From: Tubiluchus corallicola
Taxonomy: Eukaryota > Animalia > Priapulida
Assembly (NCBI GenBank): GCA_030141605.1
Contig: JAQGDQ010000061.1
Location: forward strand, 686,757 to 750,756
DNA length: 64,000 nucleotides
Reading direction: 5' to 3'
In this document: piece after piece, positions 52,735 through 64,000 of the stretch
Position numbering within the stretch: position 1 is the stretch's first letter
Layout: each line of letters opens with the position of its first letter
Position numbers and translations under genes: made by a program
The notes under the pieces: generated by a model
Told to the model about the DNA's origin: nothing
Databases searched by the model: none
What the model saw: the letters and a program-made list of their open reading frames with translations, nothing else

Positions 52735-52930
52735 ATAATTGAAAACAACACAACTTTATTAAAAGCTTTTACATTAAAAAGTTATAAGTTAAAAACATGT
52801 TTAACGATTCGATTAAGCTGCTGCTGTCATTGTCAGTGGCAAATTTACAAACATACAACCAGTTTATATGAGCAGAGCGTATTATGCGCTAATTAAGTAG
52901 TTAACAGAAGCCAAATAGGTAACGAATAAG
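52735..52930 (-). mobile_element. Penelope-like terminal repeat fragment, copy 2 (inverted, degenerate hammerhead)
   Basis: Reverse complement reads ...TTTGCCACTGACAATGACAGCAGCAGCTTAATCGAATCGTT...AATAAAGTTGTGTTGTTTT. Confidence 0.7.
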
Positions 52931-53052
52931 CACTTAACTATTTGTTACTATAACAATTTCTTTTCTTGAGGTCTGCTTAATCACTACCTATTTGAATTTT
53001 GTAAATATATAATTAGTGTTTAAGTTGCTGTATCAATTTCTTTACAGGTCTG

Positions 53053-53228
53053 TTTATTCATTACCTATTTGGCTTCTATTAACTACTTAATTAGTGCACA
53101 ATAGGCTGTGACTATATATAGTGATTGTATGTTTGTAAATTTACCACTGATGATGACAGCAGCAGCTTAGTCGAAACGTTTGGCATGATTTTAACTTTTT
53201 AATAAAGTTGTGTTGTTTTTAACTATAT
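53053..53228 (+). mobile_element. Penelope-like terminal repeat fragment, copy 3
   Basis: Same family as copies 1 and 2; forms an inverted pair with copy 2 across a ~120-bp spacer. Confidence 0.7.
53142..53185 (+). ncRNA. Minimal type I hammerhead ribozyme motif
   Basis: Stem I CCA/TGG, core CTGATGA (53147-53153), stem II GAC/GTC, GAAA (53173-53176), palindromic AACGTT in place of stem III. Confidence 0.6.
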
Positions 53229-55499
53229 TATTACATGAATCATTAACAAATTTACACACAAATTTGAACATGCTCCTCGTTTCCGTTTGACACAGCAAAG
53301 GCAATGTGACAGGCTGACAGAGCCATCAATTGTTTAAGAAATGACTCAATCTCTTCAAGGCAAAATCAAGTGAGTCACAAAATAAAATATTGGCTGTGTC
53401 CATACTCCACAGTTATCAGGATTATAACGCTTGCGCACAAAGCAAATATCAATGATGATCTTGCTAATCACTCTTGATCGACCAATAAAGAATACAAAAT
53501 GAACGGGTTTGTTCGGGAAAAGTCCATAATGAATATCACCAATGGGAAAACGTGACTCACGTTTAGTAAACTGACACAAATAGCTTACCCCTGGGTAAAC
53601 AGTCTTCCCCCAGTACACTGATCAATCTATTTACAGGTGTATACGAACTTTATTAGACTTATGCATACAATAATATTATTTGGATGAAGAAGATTTGCCA
53701 AGTACTGCGGCCAAGACCAAAGTCCATATTTTGATGCATAAAATTTGGTAAAGTGGTACCGTATCACGTCGGTATGCGAACCTCTCTACTAAAACATGTT
53801 GAACTCCATGTTATACCACCCATCAACATTCATCTTTAAAACCATAGGCCTGCCTTTAGCAAAAATTGCTGTAGGCTATAATACAAAATGGGAATTAATA
53901 TCATAAAACAGCAAATCGTCAAAAAGCAGTAATGCAGTCTTGGCTACGTCTTGGAACAGTATGAATCTCTCTCGTACAATACTTAGACATACTACTAACA
54001 TTCTAAATTACGAACAGTAACATGCCGGAACATTTTGCTCTAAAAAGATTCATGGTGAAGGAAACTCTAAAAAAGTCTGACTTATATTTATTGGACAATT
54101 GACTGATTGTGAATGACAGCCTAAATTAGCAGTCTGTCGATCAGTCGGACTAACTACTTAACTGATGACAGGTTGATTAGGTAACTGATTGCCTGCTTCA
54201 TTGTCATATTGGTGGTCTGACTACCTGACGTTCTTCTGGCTGGCTGGCTGCGTACTGTGATCAGTAATTAGGTCTACCAATTGGCACTTGTCCGAGTCTT
54301 TTGTCATTATTTAACGTTGCTTTAATTAAGAATTGCACGTCATTTTTTAAAAATTTTCTAACGAGATATGTTGCAATTGATTGGTTGGTCGTTTGGTCAC
54401 TGACTAGTATCAATATTTTGTTGTTCATACCGGTTGATTTTTCAATACAAACCCTCCGAGAAGCAGCCAACCAACAGTACGTGCTTATAATCAAGTTAGC
54501 TGAGGCGGGTCAGTCAGAGATAGTCACTCATTCAGAAAGTCATAATAAAAAACAAAATTGCTTTTCTAAAACTTTTACTATGTAAGTTGTTCATTGATTA
54601 GATTGTAGATTAATTGATCAGTCACAGTGACCAACCACAGCGCTTTTAGTGTTAATACACTTGATTAAAAAACATTAAAATTTAATGTAATTTGCTGTGC
54701 ATGAATGGTTAGTACATTAAAAAACTCATTTAAAAGAACTTCGCAGCACGTAAACGGTAACTGAAATCGATGCACAGTGTGATTCCAATATTGGCAAAAA
54801 TTACTTGCAGCAAAGTTGCTCTTAGTAAGTTTTCCCTCACAGCAACATGCTTAGTAGTTTTGTAATCACATCACAGACTTGGAGAAACTATATCCGCTCA
54901 CGTAGTTTATAACACATGCTTGTTGTAGAAAAAATGACAGCTGAAGCCCAACTTCAACATGGGGAGTATCTGATGTCGAGTGTGCTTCATTGACTGCTGA
55001 ATCTTGCTATTTATCTGAGTTGATGGCGTTTCACGCTAAACACGAAATCCATAGCTTTACGACTATGTTTGTAAAATGAAATAAATAACAAAAAAATGGT
55101 AGTTGGAAACTACGCGAAGGAGGTTCAACTGAAGAAAGTTCTTGTTCAGTCTAAACTTTAAACTGTAAAGTGTGAAAGATACACAATTCACATTCAAATG
55201 TCTTACGCACATACCTCAACTAGACTCATACGATTTACTTAAACTCACTTTAAACTGAAATTACTAGACCCAAGTCGTTTGTTGAGTTACTGATACCCGT
55301 TTGAAAGTAAAGCCACACATTATGCATTACTTTTAAAAACGAATTTCATATGGTTTACTGGTTTGAAACTAGACTCAAGACTAACCCCAGAAGACATTTC
55401 TCAAAATGGCTTGAAGCTAGACAAGCTAGTTTAATCATGCAGTTAGTACGTTTAAAATTGAAGTTTATATATGACATGGTTAGACTGAGAGAAAGCGCT

Positions 55500-56123
55500 T
55501 ATCAAATAAGATATGATAACATTTGACTAGTCCAAGAGTATGCATGGAATTGTATATAAAAGTGTCTTCGATATTCAGCTCCAATGATGTGGAATGAACT
55601 GCCCACTCATTTGCGTATATCTACTAACTATAATGAGTTCTTCAGGTAAATTAATAAATGGAGCGGGGACACAAGTAGGTGCTCCGCTTGTGCTACCTAA
55701 TCTATGTCAATTATTTATCAGTACTCTGCATCCTCGATTAATTTTTAGAGAATTATCGTGAATAATTTAAACTGAATTTAGTGAATAAATTTTAGTACCT
55801 GATATTTTTATCTTTGTACAGTATGATTTTTTGCAGAAGCTTACATTTTTAATACATGCCTATTCCTCAAATTTTGCGACTGTCTTGTTTTTATACTTGC
55901 ACGTATGATTTTATATACTCTTGCATTTTGCATAATACATCATTTCTTTGTATTTTGATTTTATTTCCAAATTTGAATATTTATATGCATTGTAACAATT
56001 CCATTAATCCAGTTTAGTAGTATTTTTAGAATCATGTATTTTAGTAGTTATGAATTATATCCCATTTGTCAATGTTGTTGATTTGCACACTCGACTTTAA
56101 ATAAAGTTTATGTATGTGTATGT
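55500..56123 (+). mobile_element. 5'-truncated CR1/L2-group LINE: extreme ORF2 C-terminus plus 3' UTR
   Basis: PRV...KCLRYSAPMMWNELPTHLRISTNYNEFFR*INKWSGDTSRCSAC (WNxLP..FK..W.G..CxCxxC type ending), a T-rich UTR, and tail CGACTTTAAATAAAG(TTTA)(TGTA)n. Confidence 0.75.
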
Positions 56124-58449
56124 AGGAATTATTCATAAAGTAAACCTAAGTTATACAGCTGAGTTGCTGGCCAAATCACGTCCGCACAAGTCAAATATAA
56201 GAACGTACACATTAGATACACAAAAAACGCAAACCATCATCAAGAACTGCAACTCATTCAAGAACTATTCTACCTAAGTGGAGTAGTTGGAAAAGACTCA
56301 ACCTAAACCGCTTCGGTGTTGATCTGGTATAGAAGTATTCCGAATAAGAACCTTTGAACTCGAACACGTAATTCACGAGTCCTTCGTAACAATACTCAGT
56401 AACTCAGAACAGTTCAGAGCTCGAAGTAAAAATCAGCAAGGCTGTGAATAACAAAAGCTTGAAATGAATGATTGAAAACAGACCAATGATTAGAACGCTT
56501 ATACTGAATTTTTTTAAAAAGGGGGAATACAACGGGACGTTGGGAGTCGAGAACGCAGTTAATCCAAAAAAACCTAGAGATGTTCATACAATTTACTAAT
56601 CTTCTTTCTTAAACCAAGAAACCAGATTGTCAATAGTGACAGCACACAAACTGATAAGTCTCAAATCAGATCAACACGATCAAAACCCTGAATACAATAC
56701 TAACTGGCTTAAAAAGCTTTCGGAGAATCCGTCAATCCGCCGCATACTTATATAAAGTCTGACAGTTTGCTCACTGCTTTGACCCCAACACGGCAGTCAT
56801 TTGGGACGTGCACAATCGCTGGTAATTTCAGCTTGAACTGCGGATGATCTAAATTGAATTTGGATGCAGACCTGCACGCTATGAGTCAGACCAAGTTGAT
56901 AGATGTAATTGTTTTATTCACCACGGACAACAGATGAAAGGGCTATCATGCTGCCTAAACTATAGCTGTCAAGAAAATGTTGATGACGAGTATTATGGCA
57001 ACCTAACTGGAACACAATGTTCTTCTTTGGTAGGCCTGGTACGTCTTTGAAACAGGGGTATTAATTATGAACTCCATGCGGTATTGTACGCTTTATGACT
57101 CATGGTCACTATGCAAGCATCGCAAATGCCACTGAAGACAGAAGAGTTAAGAGTATGAAATATCAAAAGAGGGCACATAAATTAAGTTATATTTAGTATT
57201 TCACTTCAACGATGAGAAAAGTTAAAAATATTTTCAGAATTCGCATCACTATGGAATAACGAGTATTACTCACAAGCATTTAAGGGTTCCTACAGAATAC
57301 AACAGCGACATGGGCTCTTTTGTACTATATTTCTATAATTCTATAATAGATTAATTACTCAAGTTACTCAACATGGATGCTTCACTTGGGCAACAACGTT
57401 AAATCAGCATTATATAAACTTTTCAATTCCTTAAGACAAAAATTTTCCTGGTGTTAATTTTTCAAATTATTCTCATAGGAAGGGCTCAAGGGAACTGTAA
57501 ACTTATGAAGCGTTGATAGCACTTTGGCATCTATAACGCCACACATCCATGGTATACTAGTGAACATGCATGGAGACAAGTATGCATGTATAGTGACCAA
57601 TCTCAGCAAGGCAGCTACATGACAGTTTATTTTCAAACAAAAAAACTCGATCAAACTATTCGCGGGCATTTTTTCATGATTCATGATAAAGCTAAGCCAG
57701 CTAAGCTTAATAAGATTACACTGAGGTACCCTATTTATTATATAAATTATTAAGATGTCGGTCATGAGTGTTCCTACTGTCCTTCAAATTCAGGGTTAGG
57801 GCGAACTTTTTTATCCACCCTTTACTATGGCTTACATTATCGTGGAATAGTTAACATTTTATTGTATAATAGTTTCAGGTAAATTTTCTCGTGGAAACCT
57901 ACATTACTGCTATACGTCTGATAAGGCTCAAGTTTCTAATTTGTCATGCTTTTCAATTTTATGACACTGGCTGCATTAGACGTCTTGCTTGAATTCTAAT
58001 TTAGACATTCAAACACTGAACAAAAAATGAACTGCATACAAATATTCAGGTAATCTACGCAGTTTTGAATACATTATTATTAACCTATTTGTTTCAATTA
58101 ACCTTGGCTTGTATAGTTAAAGAAAACCAAGGCGCCAGCTTTCACCACCCTTCACAGATTACGTAGTCTTCTCAGTACCACGCAACAGCCGGAGGTGTTA
58201 CTATGACCACTTATATAATGTTAGTTACACAAAGTCATAGAGCCAGTCTTGAGCTCATAATTTTCACACACGTCATGATAGCAGACAGAAAACAAGTTCC
58301 TAACGCGCCGCAAAATTCCGTTTAACCACAGCAGACTGCAAAAAGGCAACGTTGTCTTTTTCTAAAAACTGGCAAAGCTTGAGACGAACTAAAATGATTT
58401 AAATGCCAAACAGGTGACTTCGCTGCTAAGAGTCTTAGATCAGCTACTT

Positions 58450-60940
58450 GCTATATCAACCAGTGTGACCCGTACAAAAGTACTGCTTGCCCGATAACCT
58501 TTCGGTAAGGGCAGTTGGTTCGCAGTCAGTGATATCCAGGGGAACTACTACATATGGCATTTCAGGGGTGCGGAAAATCAGATTATGGTGGTTCATGTCT
58601 TCAGTAGTTTTACTAGCTACTAGAATTGTTGCTTTGCAACTCAACAGCCTGTGAGACTGATTGACTGACGCACAGACAAAATGGCCAATCGGACGCTCGA
58701 TCAAACGCTTTCTATTCTTCGGCAACGTCTCAAATTTACTCATATCACCGAAAAAAAGAGAATTATTCTGAAATTGTTTTATGGACCCTTCATGTTCCAT
58801 TGGCGGTCTGACGTCCTGTGATTTGTAGATATTTCGGAGGGTGAACAGCAACCTGTTGCTAAGTAACGGGAAGCTGTCAACAAAAATGCCCAACTAGTGA
58901 ACAAAATATTACATAATAAAGAGGCGACCGCACTGTAATAAATACTAAACTGGGAAGCAACAAAATACTCAAGCTAATAAAAATCCTGTTGTAATTATTA
59001 TTCTCAGTTTAGGTAAGTCATAAACTTGGCAGTGGTGAAACTGGATAGGTAGGAGTGCCATGGTTAAAAGGAGTCTGATAGCAAGTTATGTCTTAAAGTT
59101 ATAGAAGCGTAACTTAGTGTAAATCAACAACAGTTGGCACACAAAGAAGCAGGCGACAGAAGTTGATTAGTGGGAAAGCTAAATTCAAACTCACACTACG
59201 TGGATAGGTGCGCAACATTGAGGTTACTCGAGGAGAGTTTACCACGTTAGACACAACGTGGGAAGTTACCACGAAATGTAAAATATGTATGTTTGTTAAC
59301 GTTAAAATTTAGCTTTTAAGTTTGCGTAATAAAAACATACTGACTTTCGTGATGTTTCTTTTGAATTATCAACAAAGAACTTTTCAATTCACTTTTATTA
59401 CTTATCACAAATTTCATGTTCACTCACAAACAGATATCTAGTAATTGGTTTAATTTACAATTAAAAAAATATTGCATGATCCATTTTAAAACGTGTTTGT
59501 GTTAAGCAAAGCACTAAATCACGAGCAGCTTCTAAAGGTTTTCTTGAATATTTGTTGTAACCTTCTTAATAGTACCGTTAGTAATTCTCACACCAGACAT
59601 TCAAATACCTGTTACTTCCAGCACTTTGTGACAGTTGCTTACATATTTTGAACTGCTTAGTGCGTTGCAGTTGTACCATGTGGATCTTAGCATCAGTAAC
59701 CCTTTATACCAAACATTCTGGTACCGGCCTCGTTCTAGTAAAGATTTGCTAAACCGATAGCTCTATTTGTTTGTTCGAGTTCTAGAAATTAGAACCATCA
59801 GTATGGAGCTAATCATTCAGTAGGAAGCATAAGTGCTACAAACAGTTGCTATTAAAGGATAAAAGTTAGAAGCCGGGAAGCTTTATCCAGGATATCTTTA
59901 ATGCAGTTGCTTATCCCAGTTTCCGCTTTGGCTTCAGAAGGCTTCGAGATCATATCAGCATGTCACTCCCAAATCAGTTAAGCCCGCCCAGTCATTCATT
60001 TTCTCTTTGTAATAGTTCTTGTGTTCAGTGTAATCCCGCCTGTACTTTGTGGTCCAATTTAATAATAATAAATATGTAAGTTACAAAACTTTCATTAAAA
60101 TTAGACCTACTTTCCTTGTTTTCACGTTCATAAAATCTGCTCCATAAATGTGCAAATTTTCCACATAAGTTGCAGTAAATCCACTTTAATGGCTGTACTA
60201 GTACAGAAAAATTGTTTTACCTTATTTTTGTAACTTGTTGCGCATTGTAAGCTAATATCCAACATTAAACGACAGCCTACATTAAACTAATGGTTGAGCT
60301 AGGATCAAAACCTACCGCAATATCAAGGGTAAGCCTGGGGAGATGACATATTGAGGCTTTTAGGCACGTTCAGACGTATGTACAGGCAGTGGGACAGGTT
60401 GGAGTGGACAGGACAGGTTGGAGGCAGAATGACACGTGAAAAATCCCAGCAGTGGCCACCCATTCGTTTTAACAACCAGTGTTGCTTAACTTCAGCTTCT
60501 AGGCAAGCACCATGAACATTCAGCTACTTTCCTAAGCAAACAGTTTATGCAAATCGTGACAATGAGAGATACAGAATAATTCGAAAATATTTTTGTACCT
60601 AGAAACATTTATGATATTCGTAAAGCGGTTATGATTACTCTAAAGGGGTTATGATTATTGTTACTTTACGGGCCTCACCTGGTTACAGTCAAAGGCACTG
60701 CGACCGGTTCACCATTCACCTGCATTCACTTTAGATGCAACACGACACCTGAAAAAGAAAGAATGTGATTCAAATTCAAAATAGGTACCAAAAAATTCGA
60801 CTTCAAAAGGCATCGCACCTGCAACTATAAAACCACCATTAATTAACGCCACAAGTAACACATTAAGAGGAAGTTTGCCTCTAAAACAGAAATCGTCGAA
60901 CATCTTCGTGGTGTTCCGCAAACTGAAGATAACCACTTTT
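58450..60940 (-). mobile_element. Decayed Ty3/Gypsy pol fossil (protease, RNase H, integrase remnants)
   Basis: Minus-strand order: protease-like LVALINGGFIVAG..F..AGEW (60.7-60.9 kb); RNase H-like LHTDGS (59791-59808) and RAIG..SKSL; integrase-like NRLLF..FGDMSKFETL..RKR..LSCK..PEMPYVVVPLDI..SGKQYF (58.5-58.9 kb). Confidence 0.5.
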
Positions 60941-60976
60941 TAGTACAAATTCTTCGGAAGTTAAGAAACTAAACAC

Positions 60977-61982
60977 CATTCTCACATAGCACTGTGAACT
61001 ATTTTGACTTTACAAACTCGCATATACGTTCAATGAGTTGTGCAATTACAGGGATGGTGAATGTGATACATCATTCTAGTAACAGTAATAACATGTACTA
61101 TTTGGGCACAACGGACAAACTACGGAAAATCAGACCACAGATAAAAACGAAATTGCTGCCCACCTTTGCACAAACTGCACAGGTATGTGTGATGTGCGAA
61201 CACCCAAGTAATATCCTATATAAGATATTAAGGGCATACTATAGACATTATGTATATTTCAGGTAGCATCTGCACAGGAACTGAATAAATACAGTGCAGT
61301 TCTACATCTCCTCCTCCAACCACAACCTTACTGATTCCACCATCATGGTTACAAAACTCTTCAGAGAATCTATGAAATATTACTTTAGATTAATAAATAA
61401 TAGCTCCCTCTATGGCAGTACAAACATCGACACGTTATTCCTTTTAACAGCCAGTGTCTCCAGACCTACGAAGGACACGCGAGTCTGCATGACAAACGCT
61501 CTCAAACCTCTTTCTCACAGAAATGCAGACTGGTAGCGTGAATCACAACTCCCCGACTAACCGTTTTTGATGTAGAGTAAGCTAGTATTTACATGCACTA
61601 AAAAGATGAAACCGGAAACGGTACAAATTCGGGCAGGTTTTTCATGTAGTGACTTTGGGGATCGACTTTGCACAAATCAGTCGAATGCTCTTCCTTTATC
61701 GAGGCATGTACAATATATAAATGGTTTGCTCAGACTATGGTCTAAACGTTTGGCTTCGATTATGCGCTTACTTCTTAAACCTGTAATGTTCATACGTGAT
61801 AGAGTTTGAAGCTTGCAAACCTATAGAGTTTAATAGTGCCTAATAAGTCATTTGATCCCATCTTAGTGCATATACTTATCTCATATAATTAACACGCATT
61901 AATTTTATGTACGTGAAGCTTTTCTGCCTGTGATAAATTTTATACGACACCGCTGTGATGCTTGAATTACCGAATAATGTGC
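60977..61982 (+). repeat. Left arm of 1006-bp inverted repeat
   Basis: Reverse complement of 62978-63983. End coordinates sum to a constant (no net indel), three ORF translations are identical between arms, and spot checks found no mismatch. Confidence 0.97.
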
Positions 61983-62977
61983 AAATAGATTCGTTGACTG
62001 GCTACCTCATTTTGCATATCAAGAATTCCTGTCTTGCTGGTGTGCTTTGCTACTATATATTTGTATAAGTTGTGTTGACAGAACTTGATATAAAAGTGCA
62101 TTAAAGGACTGGAAAGTTGTAGAAACATACGACCTTACATGCGAATTAAAGCAAATTAGTCGGCATTAGGACTTAATGTCATGGTTAACAGTTTCCAGTA
62201 TAAACGAAGCTGTTTTAGTTATTTGAAGGGTCAGCCTACTTAAAACTTAGTTTTGATCCTTGCCTAAAGTTCCATATTTCAGCATTTTATTATGGACTGA
62301 ACCTTTGCACTATGTAGACCATTACACAAAGTCTTCAATTTTCTGAAAATTCACGTTTATCCACGTTGCACTTAATTATTTGACGTAACTAATGTGTGTA
62401 AAACGAATCGATTAGACTGCATACATGTACTATTGTCTTAAAACACATGTAAATAGTATAGCCATCTAACCATCTATAAAAAGATGTATTTTGCTGATAC
62501 TAATTAAAGTCTTTCAATGTTTGTAGAACTTGTATACACTGAGCATCTTTTTCGACAAGGTACCTTTTATGACGTTTTATGGCCCATCTATTATCCAAAG
62601 GTCCTTATTTAAAGTACACAGAGCATTGTACTTGCCGGGTTTTCACAATATAAGTCGCTGGCTGTATTTTACTTCATTGTTTAGATTTGTACGATTAGTG
62701 GTGGAGCATTTAATTTTGATTATTTAGAGAGTGCCATTAGTAAGTTAAAATCAACAGTCAACGTAAGGACCTACATGAAAATGATTCTTCTTTGACACTG
62801 TATTATCACAACTGTAGTATTTGTCATTTCCAGTTCAGTTAATCACACAGTTTTCTACTGGCTGCATTACTGTGTTGAAGTGGCTATTATTAATATATCT
62901 CTTGCAGAAAATTTATCATCAATATCAAGTAAAAACGTGGAGCAATTACATTAAAACGCGGGCAGCTAATCCCAATC

Positions 62978-63983
62978 GCACATTATTCGGTAATTCAAGC
63001 ATCACAGCGGTGTCGTATAAAATTTATCACAGGCAGAAAAGCTTCACGTACATAAAATTAATGCGTGTTAATTATATGAGATAAGTATATGCACTAAGAT
63101 GGGATCAAATGACTTATTAGGCACTATTAAACTCTATAGGTTTGCAAGCTTCAAACTCTATCACGTATGAACATTACAGGTTTAAGAAGTAAGCGCATAA
63201 TCGAAGCCAAACGTTTAGACCATAGTCTGAGCAAACCATTTATATATTGTACATGCCTCGATAAAGGAAGAGCATTCGACTGATTTGTGCAAAGTCGATC
63301 CCCAAAGTCACTACATGAAAAACCTGCCCGAATTTGTACCGTTTCCGGTTTCATCTTTTTAGTGCATGTAAATACTAGCTTACTCTACATCAAAAACGGT
63401 TAGTCGGGGAGTTGTGATTCACGCTACCAGTCTGCATTTCTGTGAGAAAGAGGTTTGAGAGCGTTTGTCATGCAGACTCGCGTGTCCTTCGTAGGTCTGG
63501 AGACACTGGCTGTTAAAAGGAATAACGTGTCGATGTTTGTACTGCCATAGAGGGAGCTATTATTTATTAATCTAAAGTAATATTTCATAGATTCTCTGAA
63601 GAGTTTTGTAACCATGATGGTGGAATCAGTAAGGTTGTGGTTGGAGGAGGAGATGTAGAACTGCACTGTATTTATTCAGTTCCTGTGCAGATGCTACCTG
63701 AAATATACATAATGTCTATAGTATGCCCTTAATATCTTATATAGGATATTACTTGGGTGTTCGCACATCACACATACCTGTGCAGTTTGTGCAAAGGTGG
63801 GCAGCAATTTCGTTTTTATCTGTGGTCTGATTTTCCGTAGTTTGTCCGTTGTGCCCAAATAGTACATGTTATTACTGTTACTAGAATGATGTATCACATT
63901 CACCATCCCTGTAATTGCACAACTCATTGAACGTATATGCGAGTTTGTAAAGTCAAAATAGTTCACAGTGCTATGTGAGAATG
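62978..63983 (-). repeat. Right arm of 1006-bp inverted repeat
   Basis: Mirror of 60977-61982 across a 995-bp unique spacer; followed by TGCGA and (CA)n to the window edge. Confidence 0.97.
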
Positions 63984-64000
63984 TGCGACACACACACACA

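Noticed and set aside
60977-63983. Mutator/foldback transposon with long TIRs
   Set aside because: No target-site duplication at the outer ends and no transposase remnant in the spacer; not excluded but unsupported.
60994-63999. Three duplicated small ORFs as a gene cluster
   Set aside because: Their identity simply reflects the inverted duplication; there are no recognisable domains and some have non-ATG starts.

Overview
This is AT-rich, intron-rich animal (probably invertebrate) genomic DNA, not prokaryotic. The left half holds the 5' part of a plexin-B-like semaphorin receptor gene on the minus strand. I assembled 15 coding exons (29510 to 501, 3092 nt, about 1030 aa) with GT-AG introns and matching phases, encoding signal peptide, Sema, PSI and TIG/IPT domains; the gene runs off the left edge. 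The first coding exon has a splice acceptor, so non-coding 5' exon(s) lie further right. From 29.6 to 64 kb I found no intact protein-coding gene, only decayed LINE, SINE, Gypsy and DNA-transposon remnants plus tandem repeats. The most notable non-genic signals are a short repeat family carrying Penelope-type minimal hammerhead ribozyme motifs (two copies arranged as an inverted pair), a 1006-bp apparently perfect inverted duplication at 61-64 kb with template-switch-like junctions, plexin exon junctions that regenerate strong 5' splice sites, and a tRNA-derived SINE sharing its tail with a LINE fragment. All family assignments come from motif recognition by eye, not database searches.
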